A stretch of 41,476 nt of DNA, taken from the NCBI RefSeq assembly GCF_006345805.1, contig NW_021835250.1:1-41476 (forward strand), in the 5' to 3' direction. The stretch's first letter is position 1, and every line of letters begins with the position of its first letter. Source of the DNA: Octopus sinensis (taxonomy: Eukaryota). The notes beneath the pieces are model-generated. The model saw only the letters and a list, made by a program, of their open reading frames with translations. It was not told the DNA's origin and did no database searches. The translations under genes and the position numbers were made by a program. Positions 1-11,546 of this stretch are shown piece by piece.

Positions 1-89
1 GAGCGATAAGGAAACACGAACAACTTTTAATAAAAGAAAAAAAAGTATTGAAGTTAGAACTGAAGCAGTCTCGTTAATATATGTGTGCA

Positions 90-110
90 CGTGTGTATAT
101 ATATATATAT

Positions 111-145
<35 letters not shown>

Positions 146-367
146 TACGAAGAGCAAAATGCAAACTATTGTATTTATAAACAGTCAGCAATAAGGCTAA
201 AATGTCACAATATATATACGCATATACACACGTATACGCACACACCCAAAGACACATTCTCATATATACGGATGGTAGAAAACATATATATATGTATGAT
301 TGGTGTATATGGTACATATGTATATATGTGTATATGTGTATGCATGTATATATCTGTTTGTATACAC

Positions 368-411
<44 letters not shown>

Positions 412-464
412 TATATATATGTATATATATATATGTATATATAGGTAATATATATATGTATATA

Positions 465-522
<58 letters not shown>

Positions 523-552
523 TATAATATATATATCATATATATTATAATA

Positions 553-600
<48 letters not shown>
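90..600. repeat. (TG)n/(TA)n microsatellite block
   Basis: Direct reading. Confidence 0.97.
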
Positions 601-603
<3 letters not shown>

Positions 604-1082
604 ATGTTATATACGAACGATTAGCAGTAGGTATACATTTACTGACAGTGCAAATTTAAAATTACTTAAGTGTGCAATGTGTATGCACATAAGGCTCTAT
701 TTATAAACATTTATTAATGTACATACACACATATATACATACATAGATATATACATACATGCATGGACATATACGTACATTCATACACACACACTATGTA
801 CATACAGCAATATATGTGTTTATAAACTAACGAATAGCAGTGAGTACATATTTCCTGACTGCGCAAATTTAAAATTACTTAAGTGTGCAATATATATACA
901 TATATATATATATACGTATACATGAGTGTGCGTGTGTGTGTGTGTGTATGTGTGTATGAATGTATATATGTATATACGCATTCATGAATAAATATCGTAT
1001 ATATGTGGATATGTATATATATATATATATATACACATATATTCAACATACATACATATAGTACATATGTACACATACTGTA

Positions 1083-1128
<46 letters not shown>

Positions 1129-1230
1129 CCGAGAGTAAAACATAAAATGTGAAACAAGGTGGAAAAAAGAGTACTCAAATACCAGTTGTAGAGTAAATGC
1201 TTTATTTAAAGCAGCAGAAAATTCAAACAA

Positions 1231-1274
1231 AACCTGTTACTCTGAGTTTCACGCTGCCGTTCATCGGACAGTTT
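1231..1274 (-). ncRNA. Minimal type-I hammerhead ribozyme motif (U4C variant)
   Basis: Minus strand reads aaactgt CCGAUGA acg-gcag-cgt GAAA ctcagag UA^acaggtt. Stem I pairs 6/7, stem II is 3 bp with a tetraloop, stem III is near-palindromic ACUC-A-GAGU. Confidence 0.7.
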
Positions 1275-1281
1275 AGCCAAA

Positions 1282-1324
1282 AAACTATCGATGAACGGCA
1301 ACGGGAAACTCAGAGTAACAGGTT
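1282..1324 (+). ncRNA. Decayed hammerhead motif (inverted copy of 1231-1274)
   Basis: aaactat cGAUGA acg-gcaa-cgg GAAA ctcagag UA acaggtt. One core C is lost and stem II has a mismatch. Confidence 0.5.
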
Positions 1325-2070
1325 TTGTTGAATTTCTGCTGCTTTAAATAAAGTATATATGTATATACGCGTCTATATATAACTATATATATAAAAACAC
1401 ATACACATATATATATAAATGTTTGTATATATATGTGTATATATATGTGTGTGTATATATATATATATATATGTATGTATGCATGTATCTATATATGTGT
1501 GTGTATATATACATACATACATTCATACATACATAAATATTTTCCGAACAAAAATTAGGAGTTTGCGGCACATTACGAGGTCAAGGTACTTGATTCCACG
1601 CAAAAAATCCGTGATTTTTCTCTTTTCCTTAGTGAAAATCGTGCGAGTGTACTTACCAAAATTCACCTTACATTTTTGTCCCAAATCTTCCGACGTAGCA
1701 CACTTAAGGTGGAGGAACCACATATCGTGGAAAGTGGAGAAAAATTCCAATGCGTCAGCTCCAAGGATAGCTGAATCCCGAGGAAAAACTTCATCACAAA
1801 CCAAAATTATGATGCAAAAACTACTCTAAAGCTACTCTGAAAAAACAAATGGTAGCACAAGTTTATGGTATCACTGATGCCCATCAGGCGCTCGATTTCT
1901 TTGGTTTCACCCTTCGACAGTTCGTCTTTCGAGACACGGGTTGTTTTCTGTGTTAGCATTTTGCCTTTTTAATAGTAGTCCTCAGCCATTTTTTTTTTAC
2001 TTATGGGCCACTATGATTCCTTTTTTATTCGAATGGACCTACATAGCCATTCAATTTTTTTTAAATCCTC

Positions 2071-2197
2071 TTTTACTCTTTTACTCTTTTCAGTCATTTG
2101 ACTGCGGTCATGCTGGAGTACCGCCTTTAGTCGAGCAAATCGACCCCAGGACTTATTCTTTGTAAGCCTAGTACTTATTCTATCGGTCTCTTTTGCC
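2071..2197 (-). mobile_element. SINE family A, 3' fragment
   Basis: Near-identical to the 3' half of the copies at 4653, 18936 and 40807. Confidence 0.85.
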
Positions 2198-2344
2198 CTT
2201 GTGGGCAATAAAGAAATAAGTTCTGCTCCAGTTATAGTTTTTTTTCCTTGTATGAAGCATATATTTACGATCTCAAGACATTTACGTTCACATGTTTGGA
2301 CCTCCATATGTTGCCAAGAGGTCATGTGCAGATCTTGTGTTAAA

Positions 2345-2620
2345 AAAGTATGTTAGTAAAGTAAAGGTGAAGTGACCTTCTGGAGTCATACCGACTCATA
2401 AGGGCCTGTTAGCTGGTTTCCATGGCACATATATTCCCCCACCTGTACGGGACGCCTATCCGTTGCAGGATTATTCATTTTTGCCAGCTGAGTGGATTGG
2501 AGCAACGTGAACTGAAGTATCTTGCTCAAGAACACAACTCATCGCCCGGTCGAGGAATCGAAACCACAATTTTACGTTCATGAGTCCAACACCCTAACCA
2601 CAAAGGCACTCGCCTCCACA
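2345..2620 (-). mobile_element. tRNA-derived SINE (C/D-related)
   Basis: Minus strand ggaggcgagtgcctttgtggttagggtgttggactc...ggtttcgattcctcgaccggg; a related head lies at 34660-34797 (-). Confidence 0.75.
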
Positions 2621-2629
2621 CAAGGTATG

Positions 2630-3300
2630 TTCGGTACACTTCGGTACTTTCCTTCGGAATGCTGGAAAATATAGGATCCCATTGCGTATAGAACATTTCT
2701 TTCACGTTGTCATCCACATCAAAGGTCTGAGCGAATGCATTGATGACAATTGCATTCTGGAGTCTTGACAAGAGAAACACGCGGGATCATGAAGCATTCA
2801 TTGACACCGACAAGGATCTCGGATATCCATGGAAAACGAGTGATCTTTATGACAAATCCAACACCTTGAATTTCCTTGGAAGAAGACATTCCAAAAGAAG
2901 GTGTTGATTATTTTTGGTTCTTCTCCTGACCTTCTCATGCTCTTCTGGTTCCCCTCAGTTCGACGATGTCGAGTTCAAATTGTTTGAGTTTCTAAACAAT
3001 CAGCGTTTTTGTTTTCGTTGATCTTTTTGAACATTCGTATCCACCAAACTCTGGCAAGTTCCTGGTCCCGTATTTCATGCTTGTGTTTTGGACTGACAGC
3101 CATTGAGATCTTTGCTTGTATACCTGTGTGGCTGTGTGCTTCAGCGTTGAAGCATATTCTTTTCAATAGACACAAGATCTTGAGGTCGATCCTTCTTTTT
3201 GTGGTTTGTAGCAATAAGTTCTGAAAATGTAAATCCCTCACCTCCATACAAATCTGTCACAATACTGAGGCACACAGTACTGTTACCTGGTATCCCATAA
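2630..3300 (-). mobile_element. Decayed RTE-type LINE, apurinic endonuclease region
   Basis: Frameshifted minus-strand peptides TFFWN, QGVGFVIK...LVGVNECFM and VINAFAQTFDVDDNVKEMFY..WDPIFSSIPKE resemble RTE endonuclease motifs (GVGFAI, GINERLM, ISAYAPT..D..K..FY). Confidence 0.65.
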
Positions 3301-3544
3301 GTCTAGGGACCTAAGGCAAATCTAGGTATGCTGTGGCTATATAAAGAGAGGTTCCAGGGATATTGTTTACCAGAGAACCTAAAATGCTGTTAAGACGGCC
3401 ATGCTCCCACGTAAAAGAGGATAAGCCTTTGAAAATTAGCATCCCTAAGAACAGTATTGTGCATTTCTTTTAGATTTAAGTGACCTGATCCCTGTAGAAT
3501 TTAGTGTTAATGAAAGCCAATGTAGAAGGAGTTGGCGTGGATCT

Positions 3545-4128
3545 TTAAATACGGCTGGACACTCCGACGGTTACGAAACAAGTGTTCCAGTCGATCCAAA
3601 CAACGGAACAGCCTACTCGTGAAATTAACATGCAAGTGGCAGAGTATTCCACAGACGAGTGTCCCTTTAACCTTTTAGCACTTAAACTGGCCACATCCGG
3701 TTCAACAATTCTCCTTGTTTTATGTTCAAACTAGCCAAATCTGGTTTCAACACCTACCCTACAATGTCATTCTAAAAATAAACAACCACATTATCAAAAT
3801 CTCGAAGCTACAAGATAATGCGTAATTAATTTAAATTAAATTAATGCGTAATTAATTTTTAAAATGTGAATGAATAAGTCTTACATGTGACAGAAAAATC
3901 AAAATATTAAAGGGTTAGCCTAGTTCTCAGGAAGATTCGGTTTCACACACCAAATGTGACAGCACTGGCTCTTTGAATTACAGGTACTTCTCTTTTTGCC
4001 AGTTGAGTGAACCGGTGCAATGTGAACTAAAGCATCTTGTTCAAGGACACAACACACCGCCGGGAATCGAACTCATGACCTCATGGTCGTGGGCCGAACG
4101 CACTGACCACTAAGCCACGCGTCTTCAC
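3545..4128 (-). mobile_element. SINE family D interrupted by a MITE
   Basis: tRNA head at 4128-3920; tail 3666-3545 matches the reverse complement of the fragment at 34458-34608. Confidence 0.75.
3671..3914. mobile_element. piggyBac-like non-autonomous element (TTAA target)
   Basis: Flanks are TTAA (3667-3670) and TTAG (3915-3918); ends are ccttttagca... and ...tattaaaggg. It splits SINE D. Confidence 0.6.
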
Positions 4129-4320
4129 TTCTTTACCTACAACGCACGTGTAAATACATACACTCTTGCATACTTGCAGAGACACATCCAAATAAACATA
4201 CTGCACCTGGCATGTACTCACAGGCTATAAAGCAATCAGACTAATATACTCACAGACACTCAAATAAAAAGTGATTCATGCAACTAGATACATCCACATA
4301 CATACTTAGTCACATACCGC

Positions 4321-4405
<85 letters not shown>

Positions 4406-4452
4406 GTTTTGCTCCGCCTCTGTTCTGTTTTTGTTTTTTCCAACGGATTTCC

Positions 4453-4544
4453 TATTTCTTCCTGAAGAGAAAGACACAATATGATCCCATTATTCAATCG
4501 GATTTTGGTAAATTGTGCCTTTCGAAACACGTGTAGAATGAATA
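4453..4544 (+). ncRNA. Type-I hammerhead ribozyme motif, intact core
   Basis: tatttcttc CUGAAGA gaaag-a-cacaat...attgtg-c-ctttc GAAA cacgtg UA^gaatgaata. Stem I pairs 8/9, stem II is 11 bp with one mismatch, stem III is the perfect palindrome ACACGUGU; predicted cleavage at 4535/4536. Confidence 0.85.
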
Positions 4545-4590
4545 AAACGATTTCTGTTCAATCTGCGTTCAGCTCCGTTTCTTCATTCAC

Positions 4591-4652
<62 letters not shown>

Positions 4653-5020
4653 GGCGCAGGAGTGGGTGGTGTGGCAAGTAGCTTGTTTACTAACCACATG
4701 GTTCCGGGTTCAGTCCCACTGCGTGGCACCTTGGGCAAGTGTCTTCTGCTATAACCCTTGTGATTGGATTTGGTAGACGGAAACTGAAAAAAGCCCGTCG
4801 AATATATGTATATATATATGTATGTGTGTGTTTGTGTGTCTGTTTGACCCCCTAGCATTGCTTGACAACCGATGCTGGTGTGTTTACGTCCCCGTCACTT
4901 AGCGGTTCGGCAAAAGAGACCGATAGAATAAGTCCCGGGGTTGATTTGCTCGACTAAAGGCGGTGCTCCAGCATGGCCGCAGTCAAATGACTGAAACAAG
5001 TAAAAGAGAAAGAGAGAAAG
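4653..5020 (+). mobile_element. SINE family A (tRNA-derived head), near full length
   Basis: The head ggcgcaggagtgg..gtgtgg..ggttccgggttcagtccc has A/B-box-like sequence, followed by an internal (TA)n and a 3' (aaagag)n tail; multiple copies in the window. Confidence 0.9.
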
Positions 5021-5084
5021 ATATATATTGGCACTTCATTTTCTCATAAAAAAAGTTTTTAAAAATCCCAAGGCGTCCCCAAAA

Positions 5085-5480
5085 GAAAAATAGCCACCAG
5101 ACTGATTGACATAGAGTCGCTCAAGAAAACCCTCCAGCATTTGAGCCACAGACATGCCGGCTTCTCTCTCTGCTTTTCTACCACTACAACAATGGCCTTC
5201 GTTTGTCTGAACTGGCTGATATCCTCAACCTTAGACAAGCTCTACCATCTCACTTCTATACCGTCCTCTTATCCTCCTGTTCTCTCGCTCTCTACTCGCC
5301 TTCAGGTCCCACTCTAACTCCTTCACTCCTTTCGTCACAGAACGTTGATCCTTCTGGTATTCCATTCTTGCTCGTGCTTTTTAAAAATTTTTTTCGTCCT
5401 GCAGCCATCAACCTACAATCACTAAAGACAATTATTAATCGTGTTACAGCCACTGGTCTCAGAGAACCTGTGGAGGGCAT
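5085..5480 (+). mobile_element. Decayed CR1/L2/Jockey-type LINE 3' end
   Basis: Peptides ATRLID..LQHLSHR, FYHYNNG..SELADI and PAAINLQSLKTIINR resemble the LINE ORF2 C-terminus (LQ.L.HRR, FY.YY.G..SELA, YNLQ.FK..INR). Confidence 0.55.
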
Positions 5481-5689
5481 GGCAAATCGGCCCAAATCAA
5501 TATTTTAACGCTAAAAAATATGACGTCATAAGTCCCTGGTTTATGTCTTACATAATAGTGTTGTTTCATAAGCCTCCCTCTTTTACCATCATCATTAGCT
5601 GTTTTAGGTCACATTTGGCCGATATGAGACAAGCCAAGGAAGTGGTCTTTGCATGGATGCTCTACATGCTTGTTTACGTGTGCATGTGT

Positions 5690-5962
5690 ACGTATATATA
5701 TGAGTGTGCTTGTGTGTCCGTGTGTGAGCGTATGTGCGTGCGTGTGTGCGTATGTATTTGTGTATGTGTGCGTGTGTGTGTATGTGCGTGCGTGTATGCG
5801 TGTGTACATTTGTGTGTGAGTATGTGTGTGTGTGTGTACAAATATATTTACACATATATGGATTCATGTTTGTATATAGATATACATGCATATATATTTG
5901 TATACACATACATGAGCACACATGAGCACACATGCACACAGGCACGCGCGCACATACGCACA

Positions 5963-6055
<93 letters not shown>

Positions 6056-6060
6056 CCTCT
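5690..6060. repeat. (TG)n/(CA)n/(CT)n microsatellites
   Basis: Direct reading. Confidence 0.95.
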
Positions 6061-6664
6061 CTAACACATGGCCAGAAGGTTTGGGAGAAGGGCTTGAGTC
6101 GATTAAATCGGCCCCAGTGTTCAATTGGTAATTATTTCACCGACCTCAAAAAGCTGAAAGGCAAAGTCGATCTCAGCAGAATTTTAACTCGGAACGTAAC
6201 AGACGGAATTTCGCTTTTATTTATATAGATATTGTATGTTTTCATATATAACTTGCTAGCATTTTCAATAACATTTTTCGCTATGTTCTGTATTTGCAGG
6301 TGTGTTCCGTATGGAGCCATAAACATTTTGGTCAGTATGATGTTATCTTTATTATTTTGGGGGGGGTCTTTCAGAATAATATTGTGGGGGGGGTTCTTGC
6401 TTGTTTGTGCTGGGGGGGGGGGCGCCAGCATGTCAAAGAATAGACCCGACGTTTCCTCCTGCATGTCGTAAAAGGTGATTAAAAGAGGCCGAGGTGGGGT
6501 TTTGCACTCCGACCTCGTAAAAAAAAAATCCTTACTAGCAACCACTATCTAGACAGACCCATGGGTGAAGGGTTGTCCCCGGTTTGACGCAAAGGAATCA
6601 TCCATCAGTTGCAGGAGTAGGGAAATCCCCAACAAATAGTGGATGCAGCGACGCGCATGCCCTA

Positions 6665-6667
6665 TAT

Positions 6668-6711
<44 letters not shown>

Positions 6712-6946
6712 GCTTGTTGATGTTGATATTGTTTAGATATGATGGCGGAAGTGGTGATGCTAATGGGGACGCTGCTAGTAGCAGTTGTAGTAGTAGTGGT
6801 AGTTGTAGTAGTAGTAGTGGTAGTAGTAGTAGTAGTAGTAGTAGGAGGAGGAGGAGGAGGAGGAGGAGATGGTGGTGGAGCAGCAGCAGTTGTGGTGGGG
6901 GTTGGTGGTGATTGTGTGGTGGTGGGTGATATGATATTGTTGCTGC

Positions 6947-6998
<52 letters not shown>

Positions 6999-7025
6999 GG
7001 TGGTGGTCGTCGTCATTGTCGTGGT
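6665..7025. repeat. Compound trinucleotide repeats (ACT, GTA, GGA, GTT, GGT)
   Basis: Direct reading. Confidence 0.95.
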
Positions 7026-7769
7026 GTCCATAGTAGGAGGTTTGTTCAGAAAATAAGAAAAGTCAATCGTTGATCAGTCTGTGGAATGTTTAGTTACATG
7101 TCCACCCGTGACCATCCCGCCATTTTTTCCCATACAGTGTACCCAGAACTAATGATCGAATGTGTCCCCTTCTTTTCTCAAAACAACCACATACGATCAC
7201 ACACACACATACACACACACACATTTACTCTAAAAAACATTACACAACATCACTTTTGGAGGGTCATTAAAAACAAAATCGTAGATACATCGTCAAAAGA
7301 GACAAAAAGTAGGAAAAAAAACGACAAAACGAAAAATAGGCGAAAAAGTGAAAACAGAAAAATAAAAAAACAAGAACAAGAAACTCAAAACTAAAAACAA
7401 AATCAAACGAACGACAAACGATATAATTAAAAGAAATCAAATGACAAACAAAAAAAGTGAAAAAAAACCCCAACGATAATGATTAAAAGCAAACGACAAA
7501 AATAGTCAAAGAAACAACGAAAAAGGAAAGCTATAAAAGTAAAAAAATAAGAAACGAAAAACGAAACGGAGCTAAAACGTTAAAATTAGCGGAAAGTACT
7601 TAAAAGAAAATATTTATAGAAGCAAATCAAAAGTATGAGCAGTCGAAATAATTGTGCTTCTTACGGTGCCGGTTTGTTTACTTAAAAAGTTATTTAAATA
7701 CTTACTTTAAAAGAATAGCCAAACGTTTTTCTCATCATTTACTTCTTCTGGTCGTAATGCAAATATTCC

Positions 7770-7915
7770 AACAACAACAACAACAACAAAAGCAACAGCA
7801 AAAGCAACAACAACGACAACGACAACAACGACCACGACAACAACAACAACAACAACAACAATAATAATAATAATAACAATAATAATAATAAATAATAATA
7901 ATTATTATTATTATT

Positions 7916-8000
<85 letters not shown>
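7770..8000. repeat. Compound (CAA)/(TAA)/(GAT) repeats
   Basis: Direct reading. Confidence 0.95.
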
Positions 8001-8001
<1 letters not shown>

Positions 8002-8316
8002 GGCTGAGGGCTGGTTGCTACCTAACTCAGATACCATGAAAACCCCAAAATGGCAGAAATTCAAAAGATAGTGCTCATGGGAACTGCTCATATCCTACGC
8101 AAAATACTTTCTATGTAATCTCAAGGTTTAAAACAAACTTTTTTTATTTTTAAATTTTATTTATTAGACATTCACTAGTACAACACCAAAAAAAAACCCC
8201 AAATATATGGCACACTAGGCATAACAACAACGTGAACTTCCAACCTGTTGTCTCTTGAGGTCTCTGGGTTAGACTTGGAGCCAACTTGTACAAACATAAA
8301 GCAAAAGTCAAACATA

Positions 8317-8318
<2 letters not shown>
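8000..8318 (+). mobile_element. R4/Dong-like retroelement 3' fragment in (TAA)n
   Basis: 8044-8118 encodes PKMAEIQKIVLMGTAHILRKILSM*, similar to the C-terminus at 30311-30380; (AAT)n on both sides. Confidence 0.75.
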
Positions 8319-8390
<72 letters not shown>

Positions 8391-8944
8391 TTAAATGTAG
8401 AAATAAATATGTAAATGAAAATAATCGACATTGTAATAATTCAGAATTTGTAGGTGCAGCGTGCAACGTAAAATCGCCATGTTGAAATATTAACAATGTT
8501 AAGATGGCGTATATGTGTATACATATACATACACATATGTGTGTGTGTGTGAGTGTGTGTGTGTACGTATATATATATATACAAATATGGGAGGGCATGT
8601 GTGTCTGTATATGTACGTATATGCGCGTGTATGTGTGCATCTTTTATATTCATGTATATTTATGTATGCATGTGTGTAAATACATATGTATGTATTTGTA
8701 TTTTTTTCGCAAAATTCTTGATGCGAAACCGAGCTTTTAAAACACATATTGTATTTTGGGTGGGACATTTTTCCAATTACGGATGTGTTAGCATTTTTCT
8801 AATGGAGTCATTAGTTTGGCTCTACAGCTGATTATTTTAACCCAGGGCCGTAGTCGGTACCGCAGGAAATTTTGCAGCTTGGTTAGCCGTACGACAAGCA
8901 ATGGAGGATAAAGATCTGGTTTTAAAGCGAATCATTGAAATCAT

Positions 8945-9575
8945 GGCGGTGAGCTGGCAGAATGGTTAGCACGCCGAGCAAAATGTTTAGCGGTATTTCG
9001 TCTGCCGTTACGCTCTGAGTTCAAATTCCGCCGAGATCGACTTTGCCTTTCATCTTTTCGAGGTCGATTAAATAAGTACCAGTTACGCACTGGGGTCGAT
9101 ATAATCGACTTAATCCGTTTGTCTGTCCTTGTTTGTCCTCTCTGTGTTTAGCCCCTTGTGAGTAGTAAAGAAATAGGTATTTCGTCTGCCGCTACGTTCT
9201 GAGTTCAAATTCCGACGAGCTCGATTTTGCCTTTCATCCTTTCGGGGTTGATAAATTTAGAACCAGTTACGCACTGGGGTCGATATAATCGACTTAATTC
9301 GTTTGTCTGCCCTTGTTTGCTCCCTCTGTGTTTAGCCCCTTGTGGGTAGTAAAGAAATAGGTATTTCGTTTGTGGGTAGTAAAGAAATAGAAATAGGTAT
9401 TTCGTCTATCGTTACGTTCTGAGTTCAAATTCCGCCGAGATCGATTTTGCCTTCCATTCTTTCAGGGTCGATAAATTAAGTACCAGTTGAGTGATGGGAT
9501 CGATGTAATTGACATAGTTCTCCCCACCTCCACAAAAACTACTGGCCTTGTGCCAAAATTTGAAACCAATATGAA
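8945..9575 (+). mobile_element. SINE family B, tandem concatemer (about 3 units)
   Basis: ggcggtgagctggcag head, then three successive ggtatttcgtct..gagttcaaattccg..taagtaccagtt units starting near 8992, 9176 and 9396. Confidence 0.88.
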
Positions 9576-10564
9576 TCATTGAAATCTTAGTAGATAAACA
9601 TCGCATCCACAGGATATGGCAAAAATTTCGTCTTGCAGAAGCATGCCCTGTTCTTGATGGCATCAAAGTCATCTTGAAATTGTCAGTACTTGATGTTCTT
9701 AAAGAACGGAGCACCGCTTGAACACTCACCAGAAACTTGGAGGAAAGATCTGGTGTCCTTACAGCCACATGTTGCTGACCGTTCTAAATATCCCTCAGAA
9801 GAAGCATTTAACTGTACGACAGGTTTTTGGCAATCACTGATGTCATCAGAGAGAGAGAGAGAGGAGAGAGAGAGAGATGTACATTTTTGCAGGACATTGT
9901 AGGAGAGTTAAACCAGAACTCATTTGTAATTGTGTCCTCTTTTGAACCTATAAGTGACACTGTTGACAATCAGGATATTCGTTGTTTTAAATACGTTGTA
10001 CTACTGCTTGTGGTTTAGGTCTTGTAGAAGCCTAGTTCTAATCAATCAACAAGTGAGCTAGTGAAAAATATTCCCTGCAGAAATAAGCAAGGATGTTAAA
10101 TGGATGATGCCTTGATTGTTTTATTTCTGTAGTTTTAGTTAACAATGTAAGTAAACGGATAACCCCGATGTCTTCCAATGAAGATGCTTTTATAAAACAA
10201 CCAGGTATTATAATAAGGCGCTCAAAAATAGTGGGTTCTCCGACATGATAAGATATGAAAAAAATCAGTGAGAGCAAAAAGTTTATGAATAGGCTCAGGA
10301 AAAGGAATATTTTATGGAAAAACCCATATTTAAAATGTTTACAGTTGGATAGATAGACAAATATAGCAAAATAATTTGACAAAAAATGTGAATTTTTAAT
10401 TATTTTCTGAGATTTTACAAAAACAACAAAAATATTTTTTAATTCCACTCTAAAACTGATATAGTTACGAAATTCTTTTTTTGGCTGAAAGTAGCCAGGA
10501 ATCATGAAGTGACACATAATGTTGATTCTTAGAATGGTTTTTTTAAAGATGTTTAATTCGTGCA

Positions 10565-10654
10565 CATTCGCCTGAAGAAAGCATATTTTTCCCCATGATG
10601 TAATAATTCTATTCATTAATAACAAAAACGCGTTTGAAACAGCTGTAGTGAATG
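10565..10654 (+). ncRNA. Type-I hammerhead ribozyme motif, intact core
   Basis: cattcgc CUGAAGA aagc..(49 nt)..gttt GAAA cagctg UA^gtgaatg. Stem I is 7 bp, stem II 4 bp, stem III the palindrome ACAGCUGU. Confidence 0.72.
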
Positions 10655-10699
10655 AACCAAATTCTCTATCTATCTTATCTATCAATCAATCAATCAATC

Positions 10700-10730
<31 letters not shown>

Positions 10731-10734
<4 letters not shown>

Positions 10735-10948
10735 CAACTTATAAACAAGGACAAAAGAAAAAAATTCCAATACCAAATATGCCGAAAATAGACTTAAATC
10801 GTCAATAACCACATATAATTCATCACTATAAGTACGCGTCTCGAAGCTTATAGTGATAATTGTATATGGTTAATGACGATTTAAGTCTATTTTCGGCATA
10901 TTTGGCATTGGAATTTTTTTCTTTTGCCCTTGTTTATAAGTTGTTTAT
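10731..10948. mobile_element. Foldback element, about 100 bp arms, 14 bp spacer
   Basis: tatacaacttataaacaagg...atcactataag (10731-10832) is reverse-complemented at 10847-10948 with few mismatches. Confidence 0.85.
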
Positions 10949-11019
10949 AAATTTAAAGGTATTTTTTAATATGCTGGCCACTGATAAAATTTTTTCGAAA
11001 ATTTATCCTATATTAGATG

Positions 11020-11070
<51 letters not shown>

Positions 11071-11342
11071 CACCGATATGCGTTTCTAGCACGTTCCATA
11101 TTCTGAATAAAAATATTTTCAAACATTTAATGAGTTAAAGCACAACAAACTCAGATTATTAGTTGAAAGAGAAATAACGTGATACGCGAAGTACATGAAT
11201 ATTTGAGTCATTCAATTAAAATTTATTAAATTAATACTCTCCGTCTTTATGTACTCTGTTATGTAATTTATCACTTCTTAGTGATAAGTTATTTTTGGTA
11301 AATAAACACAGATATTCATGAGTGTGTATGAGTGTATATGTA

Positions 11343-11380
<38 letters not shown>

Positions 11381-11502
11381 CAGTGGCAACTGATATTCCG
11401 TACCAACCAAGGAAGAATGTATGTTGTATTGTGTGTGTGTGTGCGTGCGTGTGTGCGTGCGTGTGTGCGTGCGTGTGTGCGTGCGTGTGTGCGTGTGTGT
11501 AT

Positions 11503-11546
<44 letters not shown>

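Larger units (their letters stand above)
1200..1353. mobile_element. Foldback (inverted repeat, about 65-75 bp arms) made of two hammerhead-bearing units; Penelope-like terminus
   Basis: ctttatttaaagcagcagaaaattc...ccgttcatcg is near-exactly reverse-complemented at 1289-1353. Confidence 0.7.

Noticed and set aside
4653-4730. tRNA genes at SINE heads (also 8945, 15480-15552, 29642, 33926)
   Set aside because: tRNA-like A/B boxes run into SINE bodies with multiple diverged copies and no complete cloverleaf.
9580-9990. LINE RT C-terminal remnant
   Set aside because: Only vague peptide resemblance after several frameshifts; not supportable without a search.
10038-10685. 215-aa minus-strand ORF as a gene
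   Set aside because: AT-rich F/I/K-biased composition, TTG-type start, no domain motif or splice signals, and it overlaps a plus-strand hammerhead repeat.
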